The position numbers were made by a program, and so were the translations under genes. Shown here in pieces: positions 19,582-29,287 of a stretch of 64,000 bases of DNA. Below the pieces are notes generated by a model that saw only the letters and a list, made by a program, of their open reading frames with translations, did not search any database and was not told the origin of the DNA. The DNA is from Tepidamorphaceae bacterium (GTDB lineage: Bacteria > Pseudomonadota > Alphaproteobacteria > Rhizobiales > JAKSCL01): positions 18,620-82,619 of the forward strand of contig JANQPO010000014.1 of the NCBI GenBank assembly GCA_028289445.1. The letters are read 5' to 3'. Each line of letters starts with the position of its first letter. Positions within the stretch are counted from its first letter, which is position 1.

Positions 19582-19655
19582 GCTCCGAGCTAACGCAACG
19601 TTAACGTGTGTGAGCTGGAGCACATTTCCGCGCTCTGATCGGCTCTAGAGTCACG

Positions 19656-19757
19656 TTGGCGACACAGCCTCGCCACGACCAAATTGAGTGAACTTCTGAT
19701 TTCTCTCTTGGTCATTGCCAAGCAACTTTCCGGGGGGCTTTGCCTCCCGGCTTTTTA
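19656..19757 (+). ncRNA. candidate orphan sRNA (two hairpins plus intrinsic terminator)
   Basis: Stems TGGCGA/TCGCCA, GACCAA/TTGGTC and CCGGGGGGC/GCCTCCCGG followed by CTTTTT, in a 340-bp intergenic gap. Confidence 0.4.
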
Positions 19758-19870
19758 TGTTGGCGTAGGTGCCTGCGGTCGAAATCTCGCGTCTAAGAGC
19801 CGGCCCAATCCAGAAACACAGTTGTGTGATCATGATCACAGCAGCGGCGAGGGCCATCTCCCATCTTCGG

Positions 19871-19886
19871 TTCACCAAGCGTTAAC
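19871..19886 (+). promoter_or_regulatory. CtrA-like box TTCA-N7-TTAAC
   Basis: One mismatch to TTAA-N7-TTAAC, 35 bp upstream of the BA14K start. Confidence 0.4.
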
Positions 19887-19921
19887 CAAGTGACCAGACA
19901 CCGCAGAGAGAGGACGAGACA

Positions 19922-20278
19922 ATGACCACGACGACCACGAAAGCCACCTCCACGATAACCGCCGCCGCAGCCGCCGCACTCTTGATCGGTGCGGCCATGG
20001 CCACCACGACGACTTCGGCCAACGCGAGTGATGAACTCGTCGCCGGCGCCGCTGGCTTTGCCCTTGGAACCGTTTTTGGTGCCGTCGCCACGCAGCCGCG
20101 CGTTGTGCAGCCGCGCCGCCGCGTCATCGTCGTTCAAGACCCTGCTCCTTCGCACGCCCTGACGCCCGCTGGCGTTACCGTCGCCCACGCGCAGTGGTGT
20201 GCAAGCCGTTATCGGTCCTACATCTGGAATACGAACACATGGACCGACCTCAAAGGCCGGACCCGCTGGTGCGGCTAA
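19922..20278 (+). CDS. BA14K-family exported protein
   Basis: Signal peptide, AGAAGFALG hydrophobic stretch and AH..WC..RYRSY...C motif. Confidence 0.8.
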   Translation: MTTTTTKATSTITAAAAAALLIGAAMATTTTSANASDELVAGAAGFALGTVFGAVATQPRVVQPRRRVIVVQDPAPSHALTPAGVTVAHAQWCASRYRSYIWNTNTWTDLKGRTRWCG

Positions 20279-20322
20279 CCTGAGCGATCCACTCAGGCTT
20301 CCAATAACTTCTGACACAACCT

Positions 20323-20347
20323 GCGGGGCTTCGGCCCCGCTTTTTTT
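20323..20347 (+). terminator. rho-independent terminator of BA14K gene
   Basis: GCGGGGC-TTCG-GCCCCGC followed by T7. Confidence 0.9.
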
Positions 20348-20354
20348 GTGTGGA

Positions 20355-21353
20355 TCAGGCAGCCGCGGCGACGGGCTCAATGGCTTCGAGCGCGCGGTCG
20401 ACGACGTCGAGCCCGGCGCCCGGTTTCACCGACTCTGTCGTCAAGATGCGACGCCAATGGCGTGCGCCGCGCATTCCCGAAAAGAGCCCAAGCAGATGCC
20501 GGGTCATGGCGTTGAGCCGTGTGCCGCTGGCCAGTTGTTGCGCCATGTAGGGCCGGTAGGCTGCTAGCACATCGAGCCGTGTGCCGCCTGGCGATGCCGT
20601 GTGAAGGGCCACCTCCAGTTTGCGCAGCATCCAAGGCGTGTGATAGGCCGCGCGGCCGATCATCACCGAATCCATGATCGTGAGATGACGAAGGGCATCG
20701 TCGACCGTTTCAATGCCACCGTTGACGGTAACCGGCAGCGCTGGATGGGCCGCTTTCAGGCGATAGACAAGGTCGTAGTCGAGCGGAGGAACCGTTCGGT
20801 TCTCCTTCGGGCTGAGACCCTTCAGCCATGCCTTGCGGGCGTGGACGGCGAGGCCATCCGCGCCTGCGGAGACGACGTGTTCGGCGAACGCGAAGAGCGC
20901 GTCTTCCGGGTCCTGGTCGTCGACACCGATCCGGCATTTGACTGTTACGGGAATCCCGACCTTTGCCTTCATGGCCGCGACGCAGTCGGCGACGAGGGCG
21001 GGTTCGGCCATCAGGCAGGCGCCGAAACGGCCTGTCTGTACCCGGTCGGAGGGGCAACCGACATTCATGTTGATCTCGTCATAGCCCCATTCGGCGCCGA
21101 TGTGGGCGGCCTCGGCCATTTTCGCTGGATCGCTGCCGCCAAGCTGAAGCGCGACGGGGTGTTCCGTGTCCCCAAACCCGATCAGCCGTTCGCGATCGCC
21201 ATGGATGACGGCATCCGCCGCGACCATTTCCGTGTAGAGTAGGGCGGACGGCGCAACAATCCGGTGGAAGGCCCGACAATGCCGATCCGTCCACTCCATC
21301 ATCGGGGCGACGGAGACTGCTCTACCGGTGGTGTTTCGTTGCTCGTCGCGCAT
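20355..21353 (-). CDS. dusA: tRNA dihydrouridine(20/20a) synthase
   Basis: SVAPMMEWTDRHCR, NVGCPSDRVQ, HARKAWLKGLSPKENR and GRAAY motifs. Start is uncertain. Confidence 0.92.
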   Translation of the reverse strand: MRDEQRNTTGRAVSVAPMMEWTDRHCRAFHRIVAPSALLYTEMVAADAVIHGDRERLIGFGDTEHPVALQLGGSDPAKMAEAAHIGAEWGYDEINMNVGCPSDRVQTGRFGACLMAEPALVADCVAAMKAKVGIPVTVKCRIGVDDQDPEDALFAFAEHVVSAGADGLAVHARKAWLKGLSPKENRTVPPLDYDLVYRLKAAHPALPVTVNGGIETVDDALRHLTIMDSVMIGRAAYHTPWMLRKLEVALHTASPGGTRLDVLAAYRPYMAQQLASGTRLNAMTRHLLGLFSGMRGARHWRRILTTESVKPGAGLDVVDRALEAIEPVAAAA

Positions 21354-21440
21354 GGTGCTCACATCGATTTTGGCGCCTCATAGCGCATTTCGGCGCCGCA
21401 TGCACTGTGGTCCCCGTCCGAAAGCTGACGGATTCGTAAC

Positions 21441-22271
21441 CTAAAGGTCGCGAAGCTGCCTGATGACGTGGGTTGCTGCCGCGCGCATCTCGGGAATGAC
21501 CGGTTTGAGCAGTTCGATGCGGTCGAACCCGTCGGCATTGTCCGCAATTGATGTTCTGAGCGCGCTGCCGAACGCCATGCGCAGTTCGGTGCCGATGTTC
21601 ACCTTACAGATGCGGGTCGTGCGTGCGAGCACGCGACGCATCTCGTCCGGCACGCCGCTGCCGCCATGCAGCACGAGCGGTTTTGAGGTCACCGCCTCAA
21701 TCGCACGCAGCGCGTCGAGATCGACGCCGTCGCTTTGCTCGGTTTGAAGGTGGACATTGCCGACCGAGACAGCGATGGCATCGGCTCCGCTTTCAGCGTC
21801 GAAGCGGGCGGCATCTGCGGGCGACGTCATTGCCGATGCGGCACCTTCGGCATAGCCAACGAAGCCGATTTCGCCTTCCACCGAGATACCGAACTCGTGG
21901 GCGTCTGAAACGATCCGCGCCGTGATATCGATGTTCTCAGACACCGGACGCTTGGAGCCGTCGAACATGACGGACGTGAAGCCGGCGTCAATGCCCGCGA
22001 AACACTCCTCCGGTGAATGTGCATGGTCGACATGGCACACGACCGGCACGGATGCTTGATCGGCCAGATGGCGAAGCATTTTTCCCAGAACCGGGATCGG
22101 TGTGTGGCGCCGACAGGCAGGACCGGCCTGTAGGATGATTGCCGCGCCGGTCTCCTCGGCCGCCTCGACAAAGGCCACCGCATCCTCCCAGCCAAGCACA
22201 ACAAGGCCGGCGACGGCATAGCCGTCCCGCATGGCCGGTTCCAGCACATCGGTGAGTGTGGCAGCGGTCAT
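21441..22271 (-). CDS. class II fructose-bisphosphate aldolase-family protein (IolJ-like)
   Basis: HVDH, SVMFDGS, VEGEIG, GNVH, LHGGSG and KVNIGTE motifs. Lies within the iol operon. Confidence 0.8.
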   Translation of the reverse strand: MTAATLTDVLEPAMRDGYAVAGLVVLGWEDAVAFVEAAEETGAAIILQAGPACRRHTPIPVLGKMLRHLADQASVPVVCHVDHAHSPEECFAGIDAGFTSVMFDGSKRPVSENIDITARIVSDAHEFGISVEGEIGFVGYAEGAASAMTSPADAARFDAESGADAIAVSVGNVHLQTEQSDGVDLDALRAIEAVTSKPLVLHGGSGVPDEMRRVLARTTRICKVNIGTELRMAFGSALRTSIADNADGFDRIELLKPVIPEMRAAATHVIRQLRDL

Positions 22272-23110
22272 TTGAACTTGGCGATCATGTCCTTGATGCC
22301 GGGGATCGTTTCGATCTGCCAGGCATGGTCGGGCTGGAAATATTGGACAAGCGAGCGTTGGGACAGGCCGCCGAGAATGGTGAAGTAGTACATCTCATAG
22401 CCCGGCGCGACGACGCAGGGATGGTAGCCCTTCTCAAGGATCACGGTCGAGCCGTCGACAATGTGGTAGGCCTCACCGACCTTGCCGTCCTCCCGCTGCA
22501 CCAATTGGAGGCCGAAACCCTTGTTGGGCCGAAAGCGGAAATTATAGGTCTCGTCATGGCGGGACTCGTCGGGTAGGCGGTCGGTATCATGCTTGTGCGG
22601 CGGAAAACCCGACCAGCCGCCCTGGCCGACCGTGAATAGTTCGGACACCAGTAGCCGTCCGACCTGATCGTGATACTTCGTCCCCAGAATGTGTTTGATC
22701 TTACGGTGCGTCTTGGTGTCGTCGGAGCCATATTGGACCAGATCGATCTCATCGGCACGCACGGCGAACGGCGTGAGTGGACGCGAATAGCGCGCGCCGG
22801 CGACAAACACCTCCGCGGCGCCCGATTTGCAGGTGATGCGGGTCTTGGCGCCGCACGGCACGTAGACTCCTTCGGGCTCGCCGTCCCAGACGTCCTCGCG
22901 GCGCTCGCCGATGTCGTTGAAAGCCTCGCCTTCGACATCGACGTCGATGGTGCCGGTCGCCGGAACAACGCAGGTCTCATAGCCTGGCACGAAATAGTCG
23001 AAGGCCTCGTTGCCGGTCAGCTTGACGATGTTGAAGTAGTTGAGCGGCACGCGGTGGTCGTCGATGTCGATCAGCGCGTGGTTGCGGTTTTCAAAGGGTG
23101 GAATGTGCAT
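22268..23110 (-). CDS. iolB: 5-deoxy-glucuronate isomerase
   Basis: WSGFPPHKHD, ETYNF and GYHPCV..PGYEMYY motifs. Confidence 0.88.
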   Translation of the reverse strand: MHIPPFENRNHALIDIDDHRVPLNYFNIVKLTGNEAFDYFVPGYETCVVPATGTIDVDVEGEAFNDIGERREDVWDGEPEGVYVPCGAKTRITCKSGAAEVFVAGARYSRPLTPFAVRADEIDLVQYGSDDTKTHRKIKHILGTKYHDQVGRLLVSELFTVGQGGWSGFPPHKHDTDRLPDESRHDETYNFRFRPNKGFGLQLVQREDGKVGEAYHIVDGSTVILEKGYHPCVVAPGYEMYYFTILGGLSQRSLVQYFQPDHAWQIETIPGIKDMIAKFK

Positions 23111-23124
23111 GGCCAGGGTCCCTG

Positions 23125-24102
23125 TCAGGTGCGTGTCGGTCCCGGATGAGTCTCGATGAAGGCGTCAAGTTCGTCGGCTGTCGGCATGGCGGGTGCGCAG
23201 CCGACCCGTGTGACGACGATTGCGGCCGCGGCCGAGCCGCGCATGACGGCAGACTCGAGACCGTGACCGGCGGCGAGTGAGGCGATAAAGGCACCTAGAA
23301 AGGAGTCGCCCGCGCCGGTCGGTTTCAGTGCGGTAACCGGGAAGATGCCGGTTTCAAACATCCGATCGGCGGCGTAAGTGCGCGAGCCGCGTTCACCCAT
23401 TTTGTAGATGGCGATTGAGACGGCACCGTTGAAACGGGTTTCGGCGAGCGTTTCGCCGTGTGCGCCTTCACCGGCCATGACGGCGAATTCATCGTCATTG
23501 CCGACGACGATATCGCATTGCCGCGCGGCATCGGTGCATACCTTGGAGGCTTCCTCCGGCGATGGCCAGGAGTAGGGCCGATAATCGACATCGATGATGG
23601 CTGGCACGTTGGCGGCGTGGGCCTTGGCGAGCGCTTGGAACGTCGCCGACCGGGAGGGTTCGGCGGCAAGTGCCGTTCCGGTGACGATGACACCGCCATA
23701 GGCCTCAAAATCGATCGCCCGAATGTCGTCGCGGGTTATCTCGAAATCGGCGGCGCCGTTGCGATAGATGACGGACTGATGATCTTCAATCGTCGTCTCG
23801 ACGACTGCCAGCGTATTGCGGACTTCGCCTCCGACGCTTCGGATATGGCGCGTGTCGATATCATAGCTTTCAAGCGCGTTGAGCGTGTAGCGGCCGACGG
23901 CATCATCCGACACCGTCGTCACCAGCGTCGCCTCGCCGCCAAGCCGGTTAATGGCGGCGGCGGTGTTGGCGGCAGATCCGCCCAACGCCGCCGTGAACTG
24001 CGCCGCGTGCTCCGTCTTCGTGCCGGGTGGATCGGCGTAGAGGTCGAGCCCGGCGCGCCCGACCAGCAGAAACCGGTTCCTTCGGAGCCGTTCAAGGTCC
24101 AT
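23125..24102 (-). CDS. iolC: 5-dehydro-2-deoxygluconokinase (PfkB family, no C-terminal DUF2090)
   Basis: GRAGLDLY, GGSAAN, DVDYRPYSW and PTGAGDSF motifs. Confidence 0.85.
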   Translation of the reverse strand: MDLERLRRNRFLLVGRAGLDLYADPPGTKTEHAAQFTAALGGSAANTAAAINRLGGEATLVTTVSDDAVGRYTLNALESYDIDTRHIRSVGGEVRNTLAVVETTIEDHQSVIYRNGAADFEITRDDIRAIDFEAYGGVIVTGTALAAEPSRSATFQALAKAHAANVPAIIDVDYRPYSWPSPEEASKVCTDAARQCDIVVGNDDEFAVMAGEGAHGETLAETRFNGAVSIAIYKMGERGSRTYAADRMFETGIFPVTALKPTGAGDSFLGAFIASLAAGHGLESAVMRGSAAAAIVVTRVGCAPAMPTADELDAFIETHPGPTRT

Positions 24103-25988
24103 CAAACGCCGGCCCGCTGCCGCTTTCGGCCGTCTTCCCAATCGGCGTGGGCCTTGCGGACCGCTTCACTGTTGGAGACTTCCGGTGTGCCGCACTCCCA
24201 CCAGGTGTGACCCTCATCGGTCCAGCCCTCGTAGGCATCGACCTGAAGCGCGATCACATAGGTCTTGTCGGCGGCCTTGGCGCGCGCGAACGCTTCTTCC
24301 AATTCGGCGATTGAGCCAACGGCTTCGCTCTCGGCACCCATCGCCCTGGCGTGGGCGGCGAAGTCGACCGGGAACGGCTCGGTGGCGATGTTACAGTCCT
24401 CGAACAGGTTGTTGTACGAGACATTGCCCGTGTTGTTCTGCAACTTGTTGATGACCGCGAAGCCGCCATTGTCGCAAACGACGATGATCAGCTTATGGCC
24501 GCTCAAGACCGACGAATAGATGTCGGAGTTCATGATCAGATACGAGCCATCGCCGACGAGGATGATGGTGTCCTTGTTGGGCGCGGTTTCAGCCTGGCCC
24601 ATGCGGGCGCCCCAGCCGCCAGCGATCTCGTAACCCATGCAAGAGAAACCGAATTCGACGTCCACGGACGCGAGCGACCGGGTGCGCCAGTTGGCGGCGA
24701 TCTCGGCGGGCAGACCGCCGGCCGCCGACACGACACGATCCTCGGCATCGCACAGACGGTTCACCGCGCCGACGACCTGGGCGTAGGACATCGGGCGGTT
24801 GCTGCCCTCCTTGGTGACGGGGCTGATATTGCCGTCGACATAGGTGTTCCAGGCGGCGCGGCGCTCGCCGGCGAGGCTGGCCCAGTCGTCGGGCGCCTTA
24901 TAGCCGCTCATTGCAACCGTCAGGCTTTCAATCGCCAGCTTGGCGTCGCCGACGACCGGTTGCGCCAGATGCTTCGACGCATCGACCCGGCCGACATTGA
25001 TCGCGACGAACCGGGCGGCCTTGTCGAACGCCGTCCACGATCCCGTCGTGAAGTCTTGCAAGCGAGTGCCGACTGCCAGAATGACGTCGGCATCTTCGCA
25101 AATCGCATTCGCCGAATTCGTACCGGTCACGCCGACAGCGCCACAGTTGAGGGGGTGCTCGGCCAGGAAATTGGCGCGGCCGGCAATCGTCTCGACGACC
25201 GGAATGCGGTGGGCCTCGGCGAAGGCCGTCAATTCTGCGGTGGCGCCTGAATACTGGACGCCACCACCGGCAATGATCACCGGTCGTTTGGCCGATTTCA
25301 CGATCTCGGCAGCCGCCGCGATCTCGTGTGCGTCCGGCATTTGCCGACGGATGCGGTGGATACGTTCCTCGAAGAACACGGCTGGAAAATCGTAGGCATA
25401 GCCCTGCACGTCTTGCGGCAGGCTCAAGAAGGCCGGACCGCAGTCGGCCGGGTCCATCAGCGTGTTGATCGCGGCCGGCAGCGACTGGATGAGCTGTGCC
25501 GGATGGCTGATGCGGTCCCAATAGCGCGTGACGGGCCGGAAGGCGTCATTCACGGTGATCGTCGGGTCGCCGAAATGCTCGACTTGCTGGAGGACGGGGT
25601 CGGGGAGGCGCGTGACATAGGTGTCGCCGGACATCAGCAATACGGGCAGGCGGTTGGAGTGAGCCACGCCCGCCGCCGTCACCATGTTGGCCGCGCCGGG
25701 ACCGATCGAGGAGGTGGCGAACATGAACCGGCGGCGCAACTTCTGCTTCGCGTAGCCGATTGCCGCCAGCGCCATCGACTGCTCGTTTTGGCCGCGCCAC
25801 AGGGGCAGGGCGTCGCGATGCTCGTAAAGCGCCTCGCCAAGGCAGGTGACATTGCCATGGCCAAAAATCGCGAAACCGCCGGCGCAAAGGCGCACGCGTT
25901 CGCCGTCGAATTCAATGAACTGAGCCGCGAGATGGCGGACCAAGGCTTGCGCTGTGGTCAGGCGGATGGTTGCCGAAGTGTCGCTCAT
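24102..25988 (-). CDS. iolD: 3D-(3,5/4)-trihydroxycyclohexane-1,2-dione acylhydrolase
   Basis: IFGHGNV, GQNEQSM, PDPVLQQ, GFSCMGYE and TPP motif GDGSY. Confidence 0.93.
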   Translation of the reverse strand: MSDTSATIRLTTAQALVRHLAAQFIEFDGERVRLCAGGFAIFGHGNVTCLGEALYEHRDALPLWRGQNEQSMALAAIGYAKQKLRRRFMFATSSIGPGAANMVTAAGVAHSNRLPVLLMSGDTYVTRLPDPVLQQVEHFGDPTITVNDAFRPVTRYWDRISHPAQLIQSLPAAINTLMDPADCGPAFLSLPQDVQGYAYDFPAVFFEERIHRIRRQMPDAHEIAAAAEIVKSAKRPVIIAGGGVQYSGATAELTAFAEAHRIPVVETIAGRANFLAEHPLNCGAVGVTGTNSANAICEDADVILAVGTRLQDFTTGSWTAFDKAARFVAINVGRVDASKHLAQPVVGDAKLAIESLTVAMSGYKAPDDWASLAGERRAAWNTYVDGNISPVTKEGSNRPMSYAQVVGAVNRLCDAEDRVVSAAGGLPAEIAANWRTRSLASVDVEFGFSCMGYEIAGGWGARMGQAETAPNKDTIILVGDGSYLIMNSDIYSSVLSGHKLIIVVCDNGGFAVINKLQNNTGNVSYNNLFEDCNIATEPFPVDFAAHARAMGAESEAVGSIAELEEAFARAKAADKTYVIALQVDAYEGWTDEGHTWWECGTPEVSNSEAVRKAHADWEDGRKRQRAGV

Positions 25989-26063
25989 GATGGGTGTCCT
26001 CCCGCACCGTCTTGGCGGCGCGCTTGCCTCGTGTTGAAATCACCGTAGAGCCGGCGAATTTGC

Positions 26064-26081
26064 TTTGCAACCGGTTGCAAA
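26064..26081. promoter_or_regulatory. LacI-type operator TTTGCAACCGGTTGCAAA
   Basis: Perfect 18-bp palindrome between divergent iolD and iolE. Core repeated at 29252-29265. Confidence 0.8.
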
Positions 26082-26143
26082 AATATGTAGTCACATGCGA
26101 CTTGGCCGGTGCGCGGCAACAACTATTGCGAAGGGGTGTCGTC

Positions 26144-27034
26144 GTGGCAATCCAGATTGGCAATGCGCCTTGTTCATGGGGTGTTGAATTCGCGGATGAC
26201 GCCCGAAATCCGCCATGGCAGACGGTACTGGACGAGTGTCGGGCCGCAGGCTATGGCGGCATCGAGCTGGGGCCGGTCGGCTTTATGCCGGAGGACCCGT
26301 CAGTGCTCGGCGACGCATTGGCACAGCGTGAGCTGAAGCTGATCGGTGGCGTTGTCTTTCGCGCCTTCCACGACCCCGGCCAGTGGGACGATGTGCTTGA
26401 CGGCGCCAAGCGCACCGCGGCCGCGCTTGCGGCCCATGGCGCCCGCCACTTCGTTCTGATCGACTCGATCTCGCCGCGTCGCGCGCCGACCGCCGGGCGT
26501 CCGATCGAGGCGGAGCAGATGGACGCGGCCGAGTGGGCCGGCTTCGTCGACCGCATTCGAACCGTTGCCAAGATCGGCGCCGACCACGGACTGATCGCCG
26601 AGATTCACCCCCATGCGGGCGGGTTTTGCGACTTCGAGGATGAAACCGAGCGGCTTTTGGATGAGATTCCCGCCGACACACTTTGCATCTGTCTGGACAC
26701 CGGTCATGCGCACTATGCCGGTTTCGATCCGGTTGTCTTCATGAAACGACACATGCAACGCATCACCTATGTCCACTTCAAGGATATCGATCCCGCGGTG
26801 AAAGCGCGGACGATTGCCGACCGCACCGATTTCTATGAGGCATGCGGGAACGGCATCTTCTGCAATCTCGGCGATGGCGAGGCCGATCTACCGGCCGTTC
26901 GCGACTTGCTGCTTCAAAGCGAGTATGACGGCTGGTGCACGGTCGAGCAGGACTGCGACCCGACCAGCGCCGTCTCGCCTGTCGACGATGCCCGCGCCAA
27001 CCGGGACTATCTCACGTCCATAGGCTTTAGCTAG
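26144..27034 (+). CDS. iolE: inosose dehydratase-like TIM-barrel protein (IolE-like)
   Basis: NAPCSWG, ELGP, HPHAG, LDTGH, HFKD and VEQD motifs. GTG start after AGGGG. Confidence 0.7.
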   Translation: MAIQIGNAPCSWGVEFADDARNPPWQTVLDECRAAGYGGIELGPVGFMPEDPSVLGDALAQRELKLIGGVVFRAFHDPGQWDDVLDGAKRTAAALAAHGARHFVLIDSISPRRAPTAGRPIEAEQMDAAEWAGFVDRIRTVAKIGADHGLIAEIHPHAGGFCDFEDETERLLDEIPADTLCICLDTGHAHYAGFDPVVFMKRHMQRITYVHFKDIDPAVKARTIADRTDFYEACGNGIFCNLGDGEADLPAVRDLLLQSEYDGWCTVEQDCDPTSAVSPVDDARANRDYLTSIGFS

Positions 27035-27042
27035 GATCGTCT

Positions 27043-28200
27043 ATGGCCAGACTGAAGTGGGGCATGATCGGCGGCGGTGCCGGCAGCCAGATCGGGCCGG
27101 CGCATCGCCTGGCCGCGGGTCTCGACAGCTTGTTTACGATGGCGGCCGGCGCGCTCGATATCGATCCGGATAAAGGACGCACTTTCGCGCAGTCGCTGGG
27201 GATCGCTGCCGACCGGGCCTATGGAAACTGGCAGGAGATGCTGGCCGGCGAGGCCGGGCGAGACGATCGGGTCGATCTCGTGACCGTTGCCACGCCGAAT
27301 GCCACCCATTTCGAGATCACCAAGGCGTTTCTCGAAGCCGGCTTCCATGTGCTGTGCGAAAAGCCCATGACAATGACGGTCGAGGAGGCGGAGGAGATCG
27401 TCGCTGTCGTTAAGCGCACCGGACGTATCTGCGCGGTCAATTTCGGCTATACCGGCTACGCGCTCGTCCGTCACATGCGGGCGATGGTGGCGCGCGGCGA
27501 TCTTGGAAAGGTCCGCCTGGTCAAGGCCGAATTCGCGCACGGCTTCCATGCCGATGCGGCGGATGCCGACAATCCGCGCATTCGCTGGCGCTACGATCCG
27601 ACGCAGATCGGGATCTCGGCACAGTTCGCCGATTGCGGCAGTCATGCGCTCCACATGGCGAGCTATGTGTGTGGACAGGAGGTCGAACGGCTTTCGGCGG
27701 ACTTTATCTCCACAATCGAGAGCCGGACGCTTGAAGACGACGCCATGGTCAATCTGCGCATGGACAGCGGGGCGGTCGTGCGGCTTTGGACGAGCGCCGT
27801 TGCGGTCGGTCGGATGCACGGGCTGACGCTTCAGGTGTTCGGCGAGAAGGGTGGTCTGCGCTGGGCGCAGGAATGGCCGAACCAGCTCTATTGGACGCCG
27901 ACGGGCGGCCGAACCGAAGTTATTGAACGCGGCGCGCCGGGCCTCTCGCCGGAAGCCGACCGAGCGTCACGCGTCACGATCGGCCATGCCGAGGGCATGC
28001 CACTGGCGTTCGCCAACATCTATGCCGACTTGGCCGAAGTGATTGCGGCCGCGCGCGACGGCCGCGACCCCGATCCGGTCGCAACGCAGTTCCCAACGGC
28101 GGTCGATGGTCTTCGGTCGATGGCGGCGATCAAGGCCGCCGTCGAGTCCGCCGGCAAGGACGGTGCTTGGGTCGACGCGCGGCCGCCTTCACGCGTTTGA
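27043..28200 (+). CDS. Gfo/Idh/MocA oxidoreductase (inositol dehydrogenase-like)
   Basis: GMIGGG.GSQIG, ATPN, CEKP and D.G.H motifs. Confidence 0.85.
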   Translation: MARLKWGMIGGGAGSQIGPAHRLAAGLDSLFTMAAGALDIDPDKGRTFAQSLGIAADRAYGNWQEMLAGEAGRDDRVDLVTVATPNATHFEITKAFLEAGFHVLCEKPMTMTVEEAEEIVAVVKRTGRICAVNFGYTGYALVRHMRAMVARGDLGKVRLVKAEFAHGFHADAADADNPRIRWRYDPTQIGISAQFADCGSHALHMASYVCGQEVERLSADFISTIESRTLEDDAMVNLRMDSGAVVRLWTSAVAVGRMHGLTLQVFGEKGGLRWAQEWPNQLYWTPTGGRTEVIERGAPGLSPEADRASRVTIGHAEGMPLAFANIYADLAEVIAAARDGRDPDPVATQFPTAVDGLRSMAAIKAAVESAGKDGAWVDARPPSRV

Positions 28201-28203
28201 GCC

Positions 28204-29199
28204 TCAAGCGGGCAGGGGACGCAGCGTCCCGCGCTCGACAACACTGCACGGGAAGAGTTGAATCTTCGCGGTCTGATCCGGCGTCTCGATCATGGAGACG
28301 ACCAAATCGACGGCGCTTAGAATGATGTCGCCGATCGGTTGGCGAATGGTCGTCAGATCGAGCGCCGACCAGCCGGCCATGCTCATGTCGTTGAAGCCGA
28401 GAATGCCGATGTCGTCGGGGATTGCGAGACCCTGCGCGCGAGCTGTGTCCATGCCTCCGATCGCAATGAGATCGTCGCCGCAGAAAACGGCATCGGGCCG
28501 GGCCATCTGCAGAAGCTCAGCCATCGCGTCGCGGCCGGCGGAATAGGCGTAGCGCGAGGCGTAATGGGTCGCGACGATGGCGCGGCCGGCCGCGTTCATG
28601 CGCCGCTCGAACCCGGTCGCGCGATCTTGCGCAGATGTCGCTGTCTTCGGTCCGGCAAGGAGCGCGATCGCCTCATAACCACGGTCGATCAGCGTCTGTG
28701 CGGCCATTTCGCCGCAGCGCTCGTTGTCGATACCGACAACGTGTGCAGGCGTATCGTGCCGGCCGAAGGCGTGGATGACCGGAATGCCGGTATCGCGAAA
28801 CGCGGCGGCAAAATCCGTCGGCAGTGTCGAGGAGGCGAGAATGACCCCGTCGACATTGTACTGACGCAAGAGGCCGGCCGATGATTCCGGGTCCGTTTCC
28901 GATTTCAGATTGACCAGAAGCGGACGCAGGCCGCGTTTTTGCAGTTCATCGGTGAACCGGTCGAAGACCTCCAAAAACACCGGATTGCCGAAATTGTCGG
29001 CGACCAGCCCGATCAGCTTGGTGCGATTGGTGGCTAGGCTGCGCGCGATCAGACTGGGGCTATACCCCAGCGCCTTGGCGGCGCGCTCGACCTTCTTTCG
29101 GGTCTTATCCGAAACACTGGCGCCGTCGGTGTAGGTTCGCGACACCGCGGATCGCGAGACGCCGGCCCGTTCGGCGACGTCCTTCAACGTGACGGCCAT
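28204..29199 (-). CDS. LacI-family regulator (probable iol repressor)
   Basis: TLKDVAERAGVSRSAVSR HTH. Operator copy directly upstream. Confidence 0.88.
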   Translation of the reverse strand: MAVTLKDVAERAGVSRSAVSRTYTDGASVSDKTRKKVERAAKALGYSPSLIARSLATNRTKLIGLVADNFGNPVFLEVFDRFTDELQKRGLRPLLVNLKSETDPESSAGLLRQYNVDGVILASSTLPTDFAAAFRDTGIPVIHAFGRHDTPAHVVGIDNERCGEMAAQTLIDRGYEAIALLAGPKTATSAQDRATGFERRMNAAGRAIVATHYASRYAYSAGRDAMAELLQMARPDAVFCGDDLIAIGGMDTARAQGLAIPDDIGILGFNDMSMAGWSALDLTTIRQPIGDIILSAVDLVVSMIETPDQTAKIQLFPCSVVERGTLRPLPA

Positions 29200-29251
29200 G
29201 ATTGCTCCGCTGATTCCAGCACACGTCAAGCTAGGCGAGGGGACACGCGCT

Positions 29252-29265
29252 TGCAACCGGTTGCA
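29252..29265. promoter_or_regulatory. second LacI operator TGCAACCGGTTGCA (autoregulation)
   Basis: Identical core to 26066-26079. Confidence 0.75.
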
Positions 29266-29287
29266 GCGCGCCGCCAATCGTCAAGAG

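Noticed and set aside
19651-19893. Small ORFs in the nagA-BA14K gap
   Set aside because: No SD or motifs, and they run through a terminator-like hairpin.
19922-20030. ACC/ACG/GCC triplet runs as a tandem repeat
   Set aside because: Low-complexity Thr/Ala coding sequence in the BA14K signal region.
20355-21440. dusA as an integration hotspot for dusA-associated islands
   Set aside because: No integrase, att duplication or obvious compositional shift nearby.
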